This document shows, piece by piece, positions 48,610 through 58,791 of a stretch of 64,000 bases of DNA. Source of the stretch: Gemmatimonadaceae bacterium (lineage in GTDB: Bacteria > Gemmatimonadota > Gemmatimonadetes > Gemmatimonadales > Gemmatimonadaceae); the NCBI GenBank assembly GCA_035277485.1, contig DATEKK010000226.1, forward strand, positions 28,740 through 92,739, given 5' to 3'. Position 1 is the stretch's first letter. The number at the start of each line of letters is the position of its first letter. Under the pieces are notes generated by a model. That model did no database searches and had not been told where the DNA came from. It saw only the letters and a list, made by a program, of their open reading frames with translations. Made by a program: the position numbers and the translations under genes.

Positions 48610-49214
48610 ATACTCGCCTCCTGCCACACGCCGTCCAGGTAGCGCCACCAGAGCGTTCGCCCCGTGGATTGAATCACGCGAATGCACCGGAAGTCATCGT
48701 GGATGGCGCGCTTCGACGTGATGTAGATGTCCGCGTCGCTGCTCGCGGCACCATCGCGGTGGAAGACGAGCGTCGGCATGTTGTCGACGGCCCGGATGCT
48801 GCTCCCGCTGATGGAGCTGTTCGCCGCACCCGACACGCCCGCCGGCGGAACGGCGAAGTGCACGGAATCCTCGAGCTGCACGTAGATCACGTGCTCGCCC
48901 GCATCAACCGTCGCATTGTTGTTGTTGTCTTCGAGGAGGCGGATGCGCCGGTTAGTCGTGTCGAAGCTCACGACGACGTCGTACTGTCGCGTTACGGCGA
49001 GGCGTTCGGCGTTCTGCAGCGCCACGCGGACCGTGCGCGCGCCTGCGTCGACGCGATACTGCGTGAAGTTCACCTTCGGGTAGGCGAACGCCGCGATGAT
49101 TCCGATGACCGCGAGCACGATCATCAACTCGATGACCGTGAACGCCCAACCGTTAGGACAAGGCCGGACCTGGACGGCTCGATCCGACGAACCTCGGCGT
49201 CTTGTGGCGCGCAT
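48606..49214 (-). CDS. FimT/GspH-like type IV minor pilin
   Basis: Starts MRATRRRGSSDRAVQVRPCPNGWAFTVIELMIVLAVIGIIAAFAYP, followed by a GspH-like body. The cleavage context is atypical (G-W-A-F). Confidence 0.65.
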   Translation of the reverse strand: MRATRRRGSSDRAVQVRPCPNGWAFTVIELMIVLAVIGIIAAFAYPKVNFTQYRVDAGARTVRVALQNAERLAVTRQYDVVVSFDTTNRRIRLLEDNNNNATVDAGEHVIYVQLEDSVHFAVPPAGVSGAANSSISGSSIRAVDNMPTLVFHRDGAASSDADIYITSKRAIHDDFRCIRVIQSTGRTLWWRYLDGVWQEASI

Positions 49215-49486
49215 GGGTTCTCGCAGGGGCTGTGGGCTCCTTTGTCGCCGGGCCGATGCCGTCGGCCAGCCGCGGGACGGCGGCGCAGGCACGCCAAGCT
49301 GGGCGCGCCACGCGCAGGCCCCGTCGAATGCGCGACCCATGCCCTGCGCCTATCATCGTGTCAGATAAGGAGTTACACATCTGGCCGGCAGCCTGACGCT
49401 ACGCAAACACTCGCTCTTCCGCTAGAATGTTGCGTGCCTGTTGTGACGCGGACCAGAATCGGACCGGTCTAAGCAGCTCCGATCGG

Positions 49487-50398
49487 TTAGTCTTGCGGCG
49501 CCTCGCCCATCAAGGTGGCCATGATCGCCTTCTGCACGTGAAGCCGGTTTTCGGCTTCGTCCCACACGCGGCTTTGCGGCCCGTCGATTACATCGGCGGC
49601 CACTTCTTCGCCGCGGTGCGCCGGCAGACAATGCAGGAAAATGGCGCTGCGTTTGGCCTTGGCCATGAGGGCTGACGTCACCGTGAATCCGGCGAAAGCG
49701 CGAGCACGCCGCTCTTGCTCTTCTTCCTGTCCCATCGACGCCCATACGTCGGTGTTCACGACATCGGCACCGTCCACGGCCTCAGCGGGATCGCGCACCA
49801 CCTTCACGACGGCCGTCGTTTGCGCGCGCGCGAGAATCGTCGCGTCCGGATCGTAGCCCTCGGGACACGCGAGTGTGAGATCGAAGCCGAGGCGGTATGC
49901 GGCGTTGATCCAGGAGTTCGCCATGTTGTTGCCGTCGCCGATCCACGCAATGTGCTTCCCGTCCCACCCGCCCAGGTGCTGCCTAACCGTGAGCAGATCG
50001 GCCATGACCTGGCAGGGGTGCAGCAGATCCGTCAGGCCGTTGATCACCGGGACGTCGGCGTACGTCGCGAGCTCTTCGACCTCGGCGTGCGAGAACGTGC
50101 GAATCATGATCCCGTCCACGTAGCGAGACAGCACGCGTGCCGTGTCGGCGATCGGCTCGCCGCGCCCGAGCTGGATGTCGCGCGGCGACAGGAAGAGCGC
50201 GTGCGCGCCCAGCTGCCACGCGCCGACTTCGAACGACACCCTCGTCCGCGTCGATGACTTCATGAAGATCATGGCCAGCGATTTCCCGGCCAGCGGATGC
50301 CCAACGAACGCGCCGGTGCGCATCGCGTCGGCCAGCTGGAACAGATCATGGAGCTCGACTGCCGAGAAGTCGGGGATGGCCAGGAAGTCGCGGTGCAT
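49487..50398 (-). CDS. argF: ornithine carbamoyltransferase
   Basis: Contains FMKSSTRTRVSFE, HPCQ and FLHCLPAHRGEEV. Confidence 0.9.
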   Translation of the reverse strand: MHRDFLAIPDFSAVELHDLFQLADAMRTGAFVGHPLAGKSLAMIFMKSSTRTRVSFEVGAWQLGAHALFLSPRDIQLGRGEPIADTARVLSRYVDGIMIRTFSHAEVEELATYADVPVINGLTDLLHPCQVMADLLTVRQHLGGWDGKHIAWIGDGNNMANSWINAAYRLGFDLTLACPEGYDPDATILARAQTTAVVKVVRDPAEAVDGADVVNTDVWASMGQEEEQERRARAFAGFTVTSALMAKAKRSAIFLHCLPAHRGEEVAADVIDGPQSRVWDEAENRLHVQKAIMATLMGEAPQD

Positions 50399-50435
50399 GC
50401 GGATCAGAAGTGGGAAGTCAATTCGTTAGGCCTGA

Positions 50436-51914
50436 TCACAGAATGTAGCGGCGCAAATCTTCGTCCTCGACGATGGCCTTGAGCCGGTCGCGAACCGTTG
50501 CACCGTCGATGGTGATCGGCTTCGTACCGCGGTCCGGCAAATCGTAGAGCACGTCCTCGAGCAACGACGACATCACCGTGTGCAAGCGGCGCGCGCCGAT
50601 GTTCTCCATGCGCTCGTTCACGCCGGTGGCAATGCGCGCCAGCTCCGCGATGGCATCCTCGGTGAACGTGAGCGGTGCGCCTTCCGCCGACACGAGCGCC
50701 GCGTACTGTTTCGTCAGTGCGTTCTCCGGCTCCGTCATGATGCGCACGAAGTCTTGCTCAGTGAGCGGCTTGAGCTCGACGCGAATGGGAAAGCGTCCCT
50801 GGAGCTCCGGAATCAAGTCGCTCGGCTTGGACACATGGAACGCGCCGGCAGCAATGAACAGGACGTGGTCCGTCTTCACCATCCCGTACTTCGTCTGCAC
50901 GTTGGAGCCTTCGACTATCGGAAGCAGATCGCGCTGCACACCCTCGCGGGACACATCAGGGCCGCCCATCTGCGAGCGCTCGCCCGCGATCTTGTCGATC
51001 TCGTCGAGGAAGATGATCCCCATCTTCTCCACGCGCTCGAGCGCATCCGATGTGACGTCGTCCATGTCGACCAGCTTCTCGAGCTCCTGGTCGAGCAAAA
51101 TGCGGCGTGCCTCCGACACTTTTACTGTGCGCTTCTTGCGCCGCTTGGGCATCATGTCCTGCAACATCTCGGAGAAATTCTCGACCCCTTCGGGCGCACC
51201 CTGCGGGACGAGCATGTCGAACATGGGCCCGCCCTGCTGGGTTACTTCGACCTCCACCTCGCGATCCTCGAGTTGTCCGTCGCGAAGCAGTTGTCGCAGT
51301 TTGTCTCGCGTGCGGTTGTAGCGATCCTTGGCGGCTTCCGGGCTCCCGCCCTCGCGCGCGACCTCGCCGCCGGACGACACGACGAAGAGGGACGGTCCGC
51401 CACCGGCGCCACCAGCCGCGGCCGAGGTCGCGCCGCGCTTCTCTTCCGCTGTCGCCTCACTCGGCCGCGGCAACAGAAGATCGAGCAGTCGCTCGTCGAC
51501 GCGCTCGTAGGCCAGATCTTCGACTTCGTTCTCGCGCTCCGTGCGCACCATGTCGATGGCGCTCTCGACGAGATCGCGCACCATGGACTCGACATCGCGG
51601 CCGACATATCCGACTTCGGTGAACTTCGACGCTTCGACCTTGCTGAACGGCGCACCCGCAAGACGCGCGAGACGGCGCGCAATCTCGGTCTTGCCGACCC
51701 CCGTTGGGCCGATGAGGATGATGTTGTTAGGCGAAATCTCGTCGCGGATCCCCTCCGGCGCCTGCTGCCGGCGCCAGCGGTTGCGGAGGGCGATCGCCAC
51801 TGCCTTTTTCGCTTCGTCCTGCCCAACGATGTACCGGTCGAGCTCCGCCACGATCTGCCGTGGCGTGAGGTCGGCGAGCCTCGCTATCGCTTGCTGCGTG
51901 TGCTTGGAAGGCAT
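50436..51914 (-). CDS. hslU: ATP-dependent protease ATPase subunit HslU
   Basis: Contains [34 protein letters not shown] and [11 protein letters not shown], across the full length. Confidence 0.95.
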   Translation of the reverse strand: MPSKHTQQAIARLADLTPRQIVAELDRYIVGQDEAKKAVAIALRNRWRRQQAPEGIRDEISPNNIILIGPTGVGKTEIARRLARLAGAPFSKVEASKFTEVGYVGRDVESMVRDLVESAIDMVRTERENEVEDLAYERVDERLLDLLLPRPSEATAEEKRGATSAAAGGAGGGPSLFVVSSGGEVAREGGSPEAAKDRYNRTRDKLRQLLRDGQLEDREVEVEVTQQGGPMFDMLVPQGAPEGVENFSEMLQDMMPKRRKKRTVKVSEARRILLDQELEKLVDMDDVTSDALERVEKMGIIFLDEIDKIAGERSQMGGPDVSREGVQRDLLPIVEGSNVQTKYGMVKTDHVLFIAAGAFHVSKPSDLIPELQGRFPIRVELKPLTEQDFVRIMTEPENALTKQYAALVSAEGAPLTFTEDAIAELARIATGVNERMENIGARRLHTVMSSLLEDVLYDLPDRGTKPITIDGATVRDRLKAIVEDEDLRRYIL

Positions 51915-51947
51915 GTGTCGCGCGGAGTCCGATGATCCGAAGCCGGA

Positions 51948-52490
51948 TCAGAGCTCCAGAATGGTGATGTTGCGGTTGGTGTAGATGCAGATGTCGCCCG
52001 CAATCTCGAGACTCTGTCGCACGATTGGCGCCGGATCGAGAGTCGAGTGCGCAACGAGTGCGCGCGCCGCAGCGAGTGCATAGGAGCCGCCAGAGCCGAT
52101 CGCGAGAATGCCATCTTCCGGCTCAATGATGTCGCCGGTCCCGGAGACGATGAACCCATGCTGCCTATCGGCGACCGCGAGCAGCGCCTCGAGACGCCGC
52201 AGCACGCGATCGCTGCGCCAGTCTTTGGCCAGCTCGACAGCTGCACGCGGAAGATTCTCGGGAAAGCGGTCGAGCTTCTCCTCGAACTTCTCGAAGAGTG
52301 TGAACGCGTCCGCTGCCGCTCCCGCGAAACCCGCGAGCACCTTGCCGCCCCGCAACGTGCGAACTTTTTGGGCGTTCGCTTTCATCACGGTCTCGCCGAC
52401 GGTCACCTGACCATCGCCGCCGAGCGCGACTTTGCCGTCGCGGCGCACGCCGAGGATCGTGGTGGCGTAAATAGTTGGCAAACCTGTCAT
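51948..52490 (-). CDS. hslV: ATP-dependent protease subunit HslV
   Basis: Starts [30 protein letters not shown]. 180 aa. The ORF-track start at 53006 is an extension. Confidence 0.95.
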   Translation of the reverse strand: MTGLPTIYATTILGVRRDGKVALGGDGQVTVGETVMKANAQKVRTLRGGKVLAGFAGAAADAFTLFEKFEEKLDRFPENLPRAAVELAKDWRSDRVLRRLEALLAVADRQHGFIVSGTGDIIEPEDGILAIGSGGSYALAAARALVAHSTLDPAPIVRQSLEIAGDICIYTNRNITILEL

Positions 52491-52564
52491 GGCCGGAAAG
52501 ATAGCCCGAAGCCATGTCGGGTGCTGGCTGCCCGACGCCGGGAGGAGCCGGCGCTTAGCGGAAG

Positions 52565-52972
52565 CTAGTCGTCGCTGTGCACGGGCCAGCCGTATGCGGG
52601 AGCCGGCGTTCCATCGTCCGATCGGCGCGAGCTGTCTCTCCCCAATCCCAGCTGCGCGCGACTTGTTGGACCGTTGATGAGATCCATCAAGTAGTGCCAG
52701 TTGAGCACGACGCCCGCCGCGAGCAGTGCAATCCCAACGAAGGTGGCTGCGATAGCGAACGGCGACGCGCCGCCGCTCAATAGAACCAGAGCCGTGCAGA
52801 CGAGACTTCCGCCAAGGCATCCCTGCCCAACACGGTTCCGCTGGGGACGCGGCGCTTTGCGGCGCTCGGTGCCATATGGTTCGTCGATCAGAGCCGCATC
52901 GGCGACCAGCGCTCCACCGGCAATCGCGGCGAGCAATCCGCCCAAAAATGGAATGATTTCCATCCAGCTCAT
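52565..52972 (-). CDS. small hypothetical membrane protein
   Basis: [22 protein letters not shown] plus two further hydrophobic segments. The track ORF extends into xerC. No family recognised. Confidence 0.4.
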   Translation of the reverse strand: MSWMEIIPFLGGLLAAIAGGALVADAALIDEPYGTERRKAPRPQRNRVGQGCLGGSLVCTALVLLSGGASPFAIAATFVGIALLAAGVVLNWHYLMDLINGPTSRAQLGLGRDSSRRSDDGTPAPAYGWPVHSDD

Positions 52973-53024
52973 ACTGCCATCCGGGTGCAAGAAAGGAGCC
53001 GTCCACGGGTGCAAAGAAGCGTGG

Positions 53025-53969
53025 CTACGCTCGTGGGTGCGCCTTGTGGTATACAGCTTTGAGTCGCTCGACGCTGGTATGCGTGTAGATCTGAGTCGTC
53101 GAAATGGATGCGTGGCCGAGCAGCTCCTGCACGGCACGCAAGTCGGCGCCGGCATCGAGCAGATGCGTGGCGAACGTATGGCGAAGAGAGTGCACCGAGA
53201 GCCCGGCATCTTCGTCGATCTGACGCAATAAGCCGCCGACAATCGATTGGACCATCCGCACGCCGATGCGGTTGCCTGTCTTCGAGAGAAACAAGGCCGA
53301 TCGGTCGGCGGCGCCCTCGAGGTCACGGCGCAACGCATCGCGTTTGAGCTCGTACTTGCGCAACGCGAGCACCGCGTGATCGCCTAACGGAATGATCCGC
53401 TCCTTGCGGCCCTTCCCGCGCACCTTTACTTGTTGCGAGACGAGATCCAGATCGCGCAGGTCGATGCCGGCGAGCTCCGAGAGCCGCATCCCCGTGGAAT
53501 AGAACACCTCGAGGATCGCAAGGTTGCGAACGTCGATGAATCTTCCGCTCCAGGCACGCGTCTCGGCCAGCTGAAACAACAAATCGATCTGCGCGCGATC
53601 GAGATAGCCCGGGAGACGCTTGTCGAGCTTGGGCGAGCCGACACCACGCGCCGGGTTCGCGGTCACCTGCTCGTTGCGATGCATGAACCGATAGAAGCTC
53701 CGCACCGCCGACAAGGCCCTTGCCACGGAGCGTTTCGAGAGACCACGGCGCGTGAGGTGACCCATGAAACCACGAATCGCGAGGCGATCCACGCCCTCCC
53801 ACGTCCATTCGCGCGTACCGTAATAGCTCGCGAGGAACGCGACGAACTCGTGAAGATCGCGGCCGTAGGCCCGTACGGTGTGAGGTGAATCGTTGCGTTC
53901 TTTCTCCAGATGCTCGAGAAAGTCCGCCACCTCGTTAGGCAACGGCGGTTCCGGAGTCTCCTCGCTCAC
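53025..53969 (-). CDS. xerC: tyrosine recombinase XerC/XerD
   Basis: Contains ARGLSKRSVARALSAVRSFYRF, GMRLSEL, HSLRHTFATHLL and LLGHASISTTQIYTH. Confidence 0.85.
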   Translation of the reverse strand: MSEETPEPPLPNEVADFLEHLEKERNDSPHTVRAYGRDLHEFVAFLASYYGTREWTWEGVDRLAIRGFMGHLTRRGLSKRSVARALSAVRSFYRFMHRNEQVTANPARGVGSPKLDKRLPGYLDRAQIDLLFQLAETRAWSGRFIDVRNLAILEVFYSTGMRLSELAGIDLRDLDLVSQQVKVRGKGRKERIIPLGDHAVLALRKYELKRDALRRDLEGAADRSALFLSKTGNRIGVRMVQSIVGGLLRQIDEDAGLSVHSLRHTFATHLLDAGADLRAVQELLGHASISTTQIYTHTSVERLKAVYHKAHPRA

Positions 53970-55300
53970 GGCAGCACCGCGCTCGGACTAGAGTCCGCGC
54001 GCCACGCCTCGATCGCAGCCACTGCGCGCTCGGCCAACAGCTCACGCTTCCGGCGCTTGTCCCGTACCGGCTCGTCCAGCTCGTCCAACAACGCGAAGTT
54101 CGCGTTCATCGGCTGGAAATGCGCCGGTTTTGCCTCGCGCAAATATCGGTACAGCGCCCCGATCATCGTCGTAGGCGGCGGCACGACGGGCTCGAGCCCG
54201 TCCGTTAGGCGCGCCAGGTTCAGTCCCGCGATGAGCCCGGTCGCGGTGCTCTCGGTGTAGCCTTCGACACCGGTAATCTGGCCGGCAAACAACACGCGTG
54301 CGTCGTCGCGCAACGAGAGATGACTCGAGAGCGCGGCGGGCGTATTCAGGTAGGAATTCCGATGAATCGATCCGAACCGGAGAAACTCGGCGTTCTCGAG
54401 ACCGGGGATCATTCTGAGTACCCGCTGTTGATCGCCGGTCCGAAGACGAGTCTGAAAGCCAACAACGTTCCACATGCGCGCGCCGCGATCTTCCTGTCGC
54501 AACTGAACGACCGCGAACGGCTCGCGCGACGTACGCGGGTCGCGCAATCCGACCGGCTTGAGCGGGCCGAATCGAAGCGTGTCGCGGCCGCGACGGGCCA
54601 TCTCTTCGATCGGCATGCAGCCCTCGAAGTACGGCACGGCATCGAAGTCGTGTGCGATGTACTGGTCGGCGGCGACGAGCGCGTCGATGAAATCCGAGTA
54701 CTGCTGTCGGTCCAGCGGGCAATTGAGATACGCGCCATCCGGAGCGGCATCCCGCATGGTTTCCTTGCCGTATCGCGACGCGCGGAATACGACGTCATGA
54801 TTGATCGAATCCCGATCGACCACCGGCGCGATTGCATCGTAGAACGCGAGTGCTTCGACGCCGAGGCGGGCACGAATGGCCTGCGCGAGAGCGTCCGAGG
54901 TGAGCGGACCGGTGGCGACGATGGCCGGCGTCGGAAGCTCTGTCACCTCGCGGCGTTCGATCGATATGCGCGGATGGGACACAATCCGATGGGTGACGGC
55001 AGCCGAGAAAACGTCCCGATCGACGGCCAGCGCGGAGCCGCCGGGCACACGGGCCTGGTCTGCGGCCCATAAGATGAGTGAGCCGAGGCTCCGCATCTCG
55101 CGTTTGAGGAGCCCGTGTGCGTTGGTCTCCTCGGTGCTCTTGAACGTGTTGGAGCACACGAGCTCGGCGAGCCGGTCGGTTTTGTGTGCGGGCGTGCCGG
55201 TCACCGGCCGCATTTCGACGAGCGCGACATCGTGGCCGCGCTCGGCGAGCTGCCAAGCTGCTTCGGATCCGGCAAGGCCGCCGCCGACAACGGTAATCAT
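53966..55300 (-). CDS. trmFO: methylenetetrahydrofolate--tRNA-(uracil-5)-methyltransferase
   Basis: Contains ITVVGGGLAGSEAAWQLA, LVCSNTFKS and FAGQITGVEGYTES. Confidence 0.9.
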   Translation of the reverse strand: MITVVGGGLAGSEAAWQLAERGHDVALVEMRPVTGTPAHKTDRLAELVCSNTFKSTEETNAHGLLKREMRSLGSLILWAADQARVPGGSALAVDRDVFSAAVTHRIVSHPRISIERREVTELPTPAIVATGPLTSDALAQAIRARLGVEALAFYDAIAPVVDRDSINHDVVFRASRYGKETMRDAAPDGAYLNCPLDRQQYSDFIDALVAADQYIAHDFDAVPYFEGCMPIEEMARRGRDTLRFGPLKPVGLRDPRTSREPFAVVQLRQEDRGARMWNVVGFQTRLRTGDQQRVLRMIPGLENAEFLRFGSIHRNSYLNTPAALSSHLSLRDDARVLFAGQITGVEGYTESTATGLIAGLNLARLTDGLEPVVPPPTTMIGALYRYLREAKPAHFQPMNANFALLDELDEPVRDKRRKRELLAERAVAAIEAWRADSSPSAVLP

Positions 55301-55346
55301 GGCCAGAAACTAACGCTGGCCATGAAAGGCGGCGAGGTACTCCAGC

Positions 55347-57830
55347 TCAGCCTGCGACGGCTGCGGGCTCCGCCACGGGTACCACGTCCCACTCGTTGCC
55401 GCACTTGAGGCACTTCCGGTACTCGCCGCGCGCTTTGGTCGACTTCATTTCCGCGCCGACGAAACCGCACTCAGGACACTGCTCGAGCGTCGGCTTGTTC
55501 CACGCGACAAAATCGCAATTCGGGTGATTCACGCATCCGTAGAACGCACGACCGCCGCGCTTGGAGCGCAACTGAATGATGTCGCCACCATCCTTTGGAC
55601 ATTTCACACCCGTGGGCAGCGCGCGCGTGCCCCGGCATTTCGGGAATCTGCTGCAGCCCAAGAATTCGCCGGATCGGCCGTGGCGGATCACCATTCGCGC
55701 ACCGCATTCGTGGCAGATCTGATCCGTTAGCACCGCCGGCTTGCGCTCACGGCCGAGTGGCTTGGTGTAGTCACAGTCGGGGCGGTTCTCGCACGCCAAG
55801 TACGGACCGAAGATGCCACCCTTGGGCACGAGGCGTCCGCCGTCCTTGGGACAGCGCTCCTTCTCGATGGCGGACAGATCGTGCGCCCGTGCAATGAGGT
55901 CCTCGATGTTCGCCTTGTCGAGCGATTGGGAGAATGGACCGTAGAACTCTTCCAGTACGCGGCGCCAACCCATCTCGCCTTCTTCGATCTTATCCAGCTC
56001 CCCTTCCATGTTCGAGGTGAACGCGACATTGAAGATGTCGGGGAACTGATGCACCATGATCTTGGCCACGGTCTCGCCTAACGGAGTAGGCGTGAACCGC
56101 CGCTGCTCGAGGGTGACGTAGTGCCGGTCGGCGAGCACCGAAATGATGGACGCGTACGTCGACGGGCGCCCGATGCCCAGACGCTCGAGCTCCTTGACCA
56201 AGCTCGCCTCACTGAAGCGCGGCGGCGGCTCGGTGAAGTGCTGGTGGGGCGTGATTTCTCGAACGGGTACGTTCTCATTGACTTCGAGTACCGGCAGCGC
56301 CTGCTCGTCCTCGAGCGCACGGCCTTCCCCTTCCTCGTGCGTTTCGCGGTAAAGGGCGAGGAATCCGTCGAACTTGATCACGCTTCCAGTGGAGCGGAAC
56401 AGGCACCGACCGAGATCGAAATCGACGGTCGTGGTGTCGAAGACGGCCGGAGCCATCTGCGATGCCATGAATCGCTTCCACACGAGCTCATAGAGCTTGG
56501 ACTGGTCGCTCGTCAGGAACTTTCGGATCTGATCGGGGCGACGCGATGGATCCGTGGGCCGGACGGCCTCGTGTGCATCCTGTGCGTTGGCTTGTTGCGC
56601 CTTCCCGTAAAGCTGCGGCCCCGCAGCAAGATGATCTGCCCCGAACAGCCCCGTTAGGACCTCCCGCGCCTGGAGCGCCGAGCTCTCGGCGACGCGGGTG
56701 GAGTCGGTGCGCATGTAGGTGATGAGACCCACTGCGCCTTCAGGCCCGAGCTCGATGCCCTCGTACAGATCCTGCGCCACGCGCATGGTCCGTTTGGAGC
56801 CGAAGCCGAGTTTCTTAGCCGCCTCCTGCTGCATGGTGCTGGTCGTGAACGGCGCCGCGGAGTTCTTTCGCCGCTCGCGCCGGCGGACGTTCGTGACGGT
56901 GAACGTCTTACGATTCTCGAGATCGGCAAGGATGGCGCGTGCCGCTTTTTCGCTGGAGATCTCGGGCTTCTTGCCGTCCAGCTGATGAAGCTTGGCGGTG
57001 AAGCGTTGTTCGTTTTTTTCGAGCAGCGCCTCAATGGACCAGTACTCAACCGGCTTGAACGCGCGAATCTCGCGCTCACGCTCGACGATGAGACGCAGCG
57101 CGACCGTTTGCACCCGACCCGCGGACAGACCTTTCTTGACCGTCTTCCACAACAGCGGGCTGGCCTTGTAGCCGACGAGCCGATCGAGAACGCGCCGAGC
57201 TTGTTGTGCTTCGACCTTGCGCTCATCGATTGACGTGGCGTTGCGGATTGCGCTTTGAACCGCGTCGCGCGTGATCTCGTGGAACATCACGCGGCGGACC
57301 GGCACGGCACCCTTGTGCTTGATGGTTTCGGCGACATGCCATGCGATGGCTTCGCCCTCGCGATCCGGGTCCGTCGCCAGGAACACGCGGTCCGCGATCT
57401 TCGCGGCGCTCTTTAGTTCCGCGAGCGTTTTTTCCTTCCCAGGCACGGTGACATATGTCGGCTTGAAGCCGTGCTCGACATCGATGCCCAGCCCTTTCTC
57501 GGGCAAGTCGCGAACGTGGCCAACGGTCGCGCGCACGCGGTACGAGGGGCCGAGGTACTTACCGATGGTCCGCGCTTTGGCGGGCGACTCGACGATGACG
57601 AGCGACTTCCCGGCGATCGTGGCCAGGTCGAGCGGCTCTTCGACGACGCCGCGTCGTGATGTGCGCCGGCCGTTACCACGAGCACGCGAGGCGCGAGGCG
57701 CCGATTCGGCGACCACGGATGCGCCGTTCGACGATCGGTGCGTGCCAAGGGGCATCGCGTCTGCGGATTCCTTTCTATTGTCTTTCTTCGCGCTTTTGCG
57801 CGTTTTCTTCGAAATCTTCTTGGCAGCCAT
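55347..57830 (-). CDS. topA: DNA topoisomerase I
   Basis: Starts MAAKKISKK. Contains a TOPRIM motif LVIVESPAKA, YMRTDS, and C-terminal Zn-ribbon repeats (CPKDGG, CHECG, CPECG). The track start at 58019 is an extension. Confidence 0.95.
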   Translation of the reverse strand: MAAKKISKKTRKSAKKDNRKESADAMPLGTHRSSNGASVVAESAPRASRARGNGRRTSRRGVVEEPLDLATIAGKSLVIVESPAKARTIGKYLGPSYRVRATVGHVRDLPEKGLGIDVEHGFKPTYVTVPGKEKTLAELKSAAKIADRVFLATDPDREGEAIAWHVAETIKHKGAVPVRRVMFHEITRDAVQSAIRNATSIDERKVEAQQARRVLDRLVGYKASPLLWKTVKKGLSAGRVQTVALRLIVEREREIRAFKPVEYWSIEALLEKNEQRFTAKLHQLDGKKPEISSEKAARAILADLENRKTFTVTNVRRRERRKNSAAPFTTSTMQQEAAKKLGFGSKRTMRVAQDLYEGIELGPEGAVGLITYMRTDSTRVAESSALQAREVLTGLFGADHLAAGPQLYGKAQQANAQDAHEAVRPTDPSRRPDQIRKFLTSDQSKLYELVWKRFMASQMAPAVFDTTTVDFDLGRCLFRSTGSVIKFDGFLALYRETHEEGEGRALEDEQALPVLEVNENVPVREITPHQHFTEPPPRFSEASLVKELERLGIGRPSTYASIISVLADRHYVTLEQRRFTPTPLGETVAKIMVHQFPDIFNVAFTSNMEGELDKIEEGEMGWRRVLEEFYGPFSQSLDKANIEDLIARAHDLSAIEKERCPKDGGRLVPKGGIFGPYLACENRPDCDYTKPLGRERKPAVLTDQICHECGARMVIRHGRSGEFLGCSRFPKCRGTRALPTGVKCPKDGGDIIQLRSKRGGRAFYGCVNHPNCDFVAWNKPTLEQCPECGFVGAEMKSTKARGEYRKCLKCGNEWDVVPVAEPAAVAG

Positions 57831-57835
57831 GGAAA

Positions 57836-58282
57836 TCAGTGTATGGTCACGTTTTCGCCGCCCAGGCCGTCGTCCATGTAGCCCGCGCCCTCCATCAGGA
57901 CGCGCAAGTCGTCCAGGGCGATTCGGCCATCGATCTGGCTGAGAGCACGTTCGATGACATGTTCGAGCTCCACAGCGTTGAGCATGCCGGCGCCGCTCAT
58001 CGATATGAGGTGCCCCCACGCATCGGGGGTGAAGCGGCCCCGTTCATGAGGCCCAAGCACGCGAAAAGTCATTGTTCGAGGTACCGGATCGGGAAACCTC
58101 TCCGCCAAATGATTCAGCAAAATCGGGGCGGCGACCGGGTAATGCCGTGTCGAAATCCAACGAGTTGAATCTTCTTGTTGCGAGGCCAGAATCAGCTGTA
58201 GCGCTTCCGCCCTCGGCCTATACACGGGATCCAGCCGTTGGGTCGACGAGGCGAGCAATTTGTACTGCAAGTGATTCAACAT
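57836..58282 (-). CDS. smg: Smg-like protein (DUF494)
   Basis: FRVLGPHERGRFTPDAWGHLISMSGAGMLNAVELEHVIERALSQIDGRIALDDLRVLM matches my recollection of the E. coli Smg core (RIYTPEE..L....GFL..LEQ..VL....E.VIERVL......EL.DLK). It sits immediately upstream of topA. Start could be TTG 58300, ATG 58282 or GTG 58225. Confidence 0.55.
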   Translation of the reverse strand: MLNHLQYKLLASSTQRLDPVYRPRAEALQLILASQQEDSTRWISTRHYPVAAPILLNHLAERFPDPVPRTMTFRVLGPHERGRFTPDAWGHLISMSGAGMLNAVELEHVIERALSQIDGRIALDDLRVLMEGAGYMDDGLGGENVTIH

Positions 58283-58745
58283 CAACGAGATTGGTGTCAA
58301 TGGCGTAGTCAGCCTGACGGTAGGCTGGCTCCCGCTGCTGAGCCAGTCGTCGTAGAACCTCGACCGGCTCCGGATCCTCCAGGAGGGGCCGCTTCGTGCG
58401 ACCCGCCCCCATCCTTAGTATTGCGACTTCGGGGGCGACCCGGAGGTAAATCATACGCGCCGGCGGACGCAATAGTGCCAGCGCCCCTGGAACCATAACC
58501 CAACCGCCTCCCGGTGCCAAAATGGCACTATCTGATCTAGCGAGCTCTTGCGTGAGGCTGAGCTCCAAGCGACGGAAGTAAGTTTCCCCGTGCGCCCGAA
58601 AGATCTCGCCGATTGTCATACCGGCGCGGCGCTCGAGCTCATCATCGAAGTCCAGGAACCGGCGCCCAAGCCGTGAGGCCACCAGCCGTCCGACCGACGA
58701 TTTACCGGCTCCCGGCAAGCCTACGAGAATGACGTGGGCGATCAC
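58218..58745 (-). CDS. aroK: shikimate kinase
   Basis: GTG start. Contains VILVGLPGAGKSSVGR, FLDFDDELERRAG, FRRLE and LAPGGG. Confidence 0.9.
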   Translation of the reverse strand: MIAHVILVGLPGAGKSSVGRLVASRLGRRFLDFDDELERRAGMTIGEIFRAHGETYFRRLELSLTQELARSDSAILAPGGGWVMVPGALALLRPPARMIYLRVAPEVAILRMGAGRTKRPLLEDPEPVEVLRRLAQQREPAYRQADYAIDTNLVDVESLAVQIARLVDPTAGSRV

Positions 58746-58791
58746 TGGCTGACACTCATCACTCGCGTTCGCCGTGTCGACGCTTCACGCC

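Noticed and set aside
49421-49440. Sigma54-like element GGCACGcaacATTCT on the minus strand upstream of the minor-pilin operon.
   Set aside because: The -12 element lacks the near-invariant GC (TTCT instead of TTGC). It is kept only as a very weak candidate.
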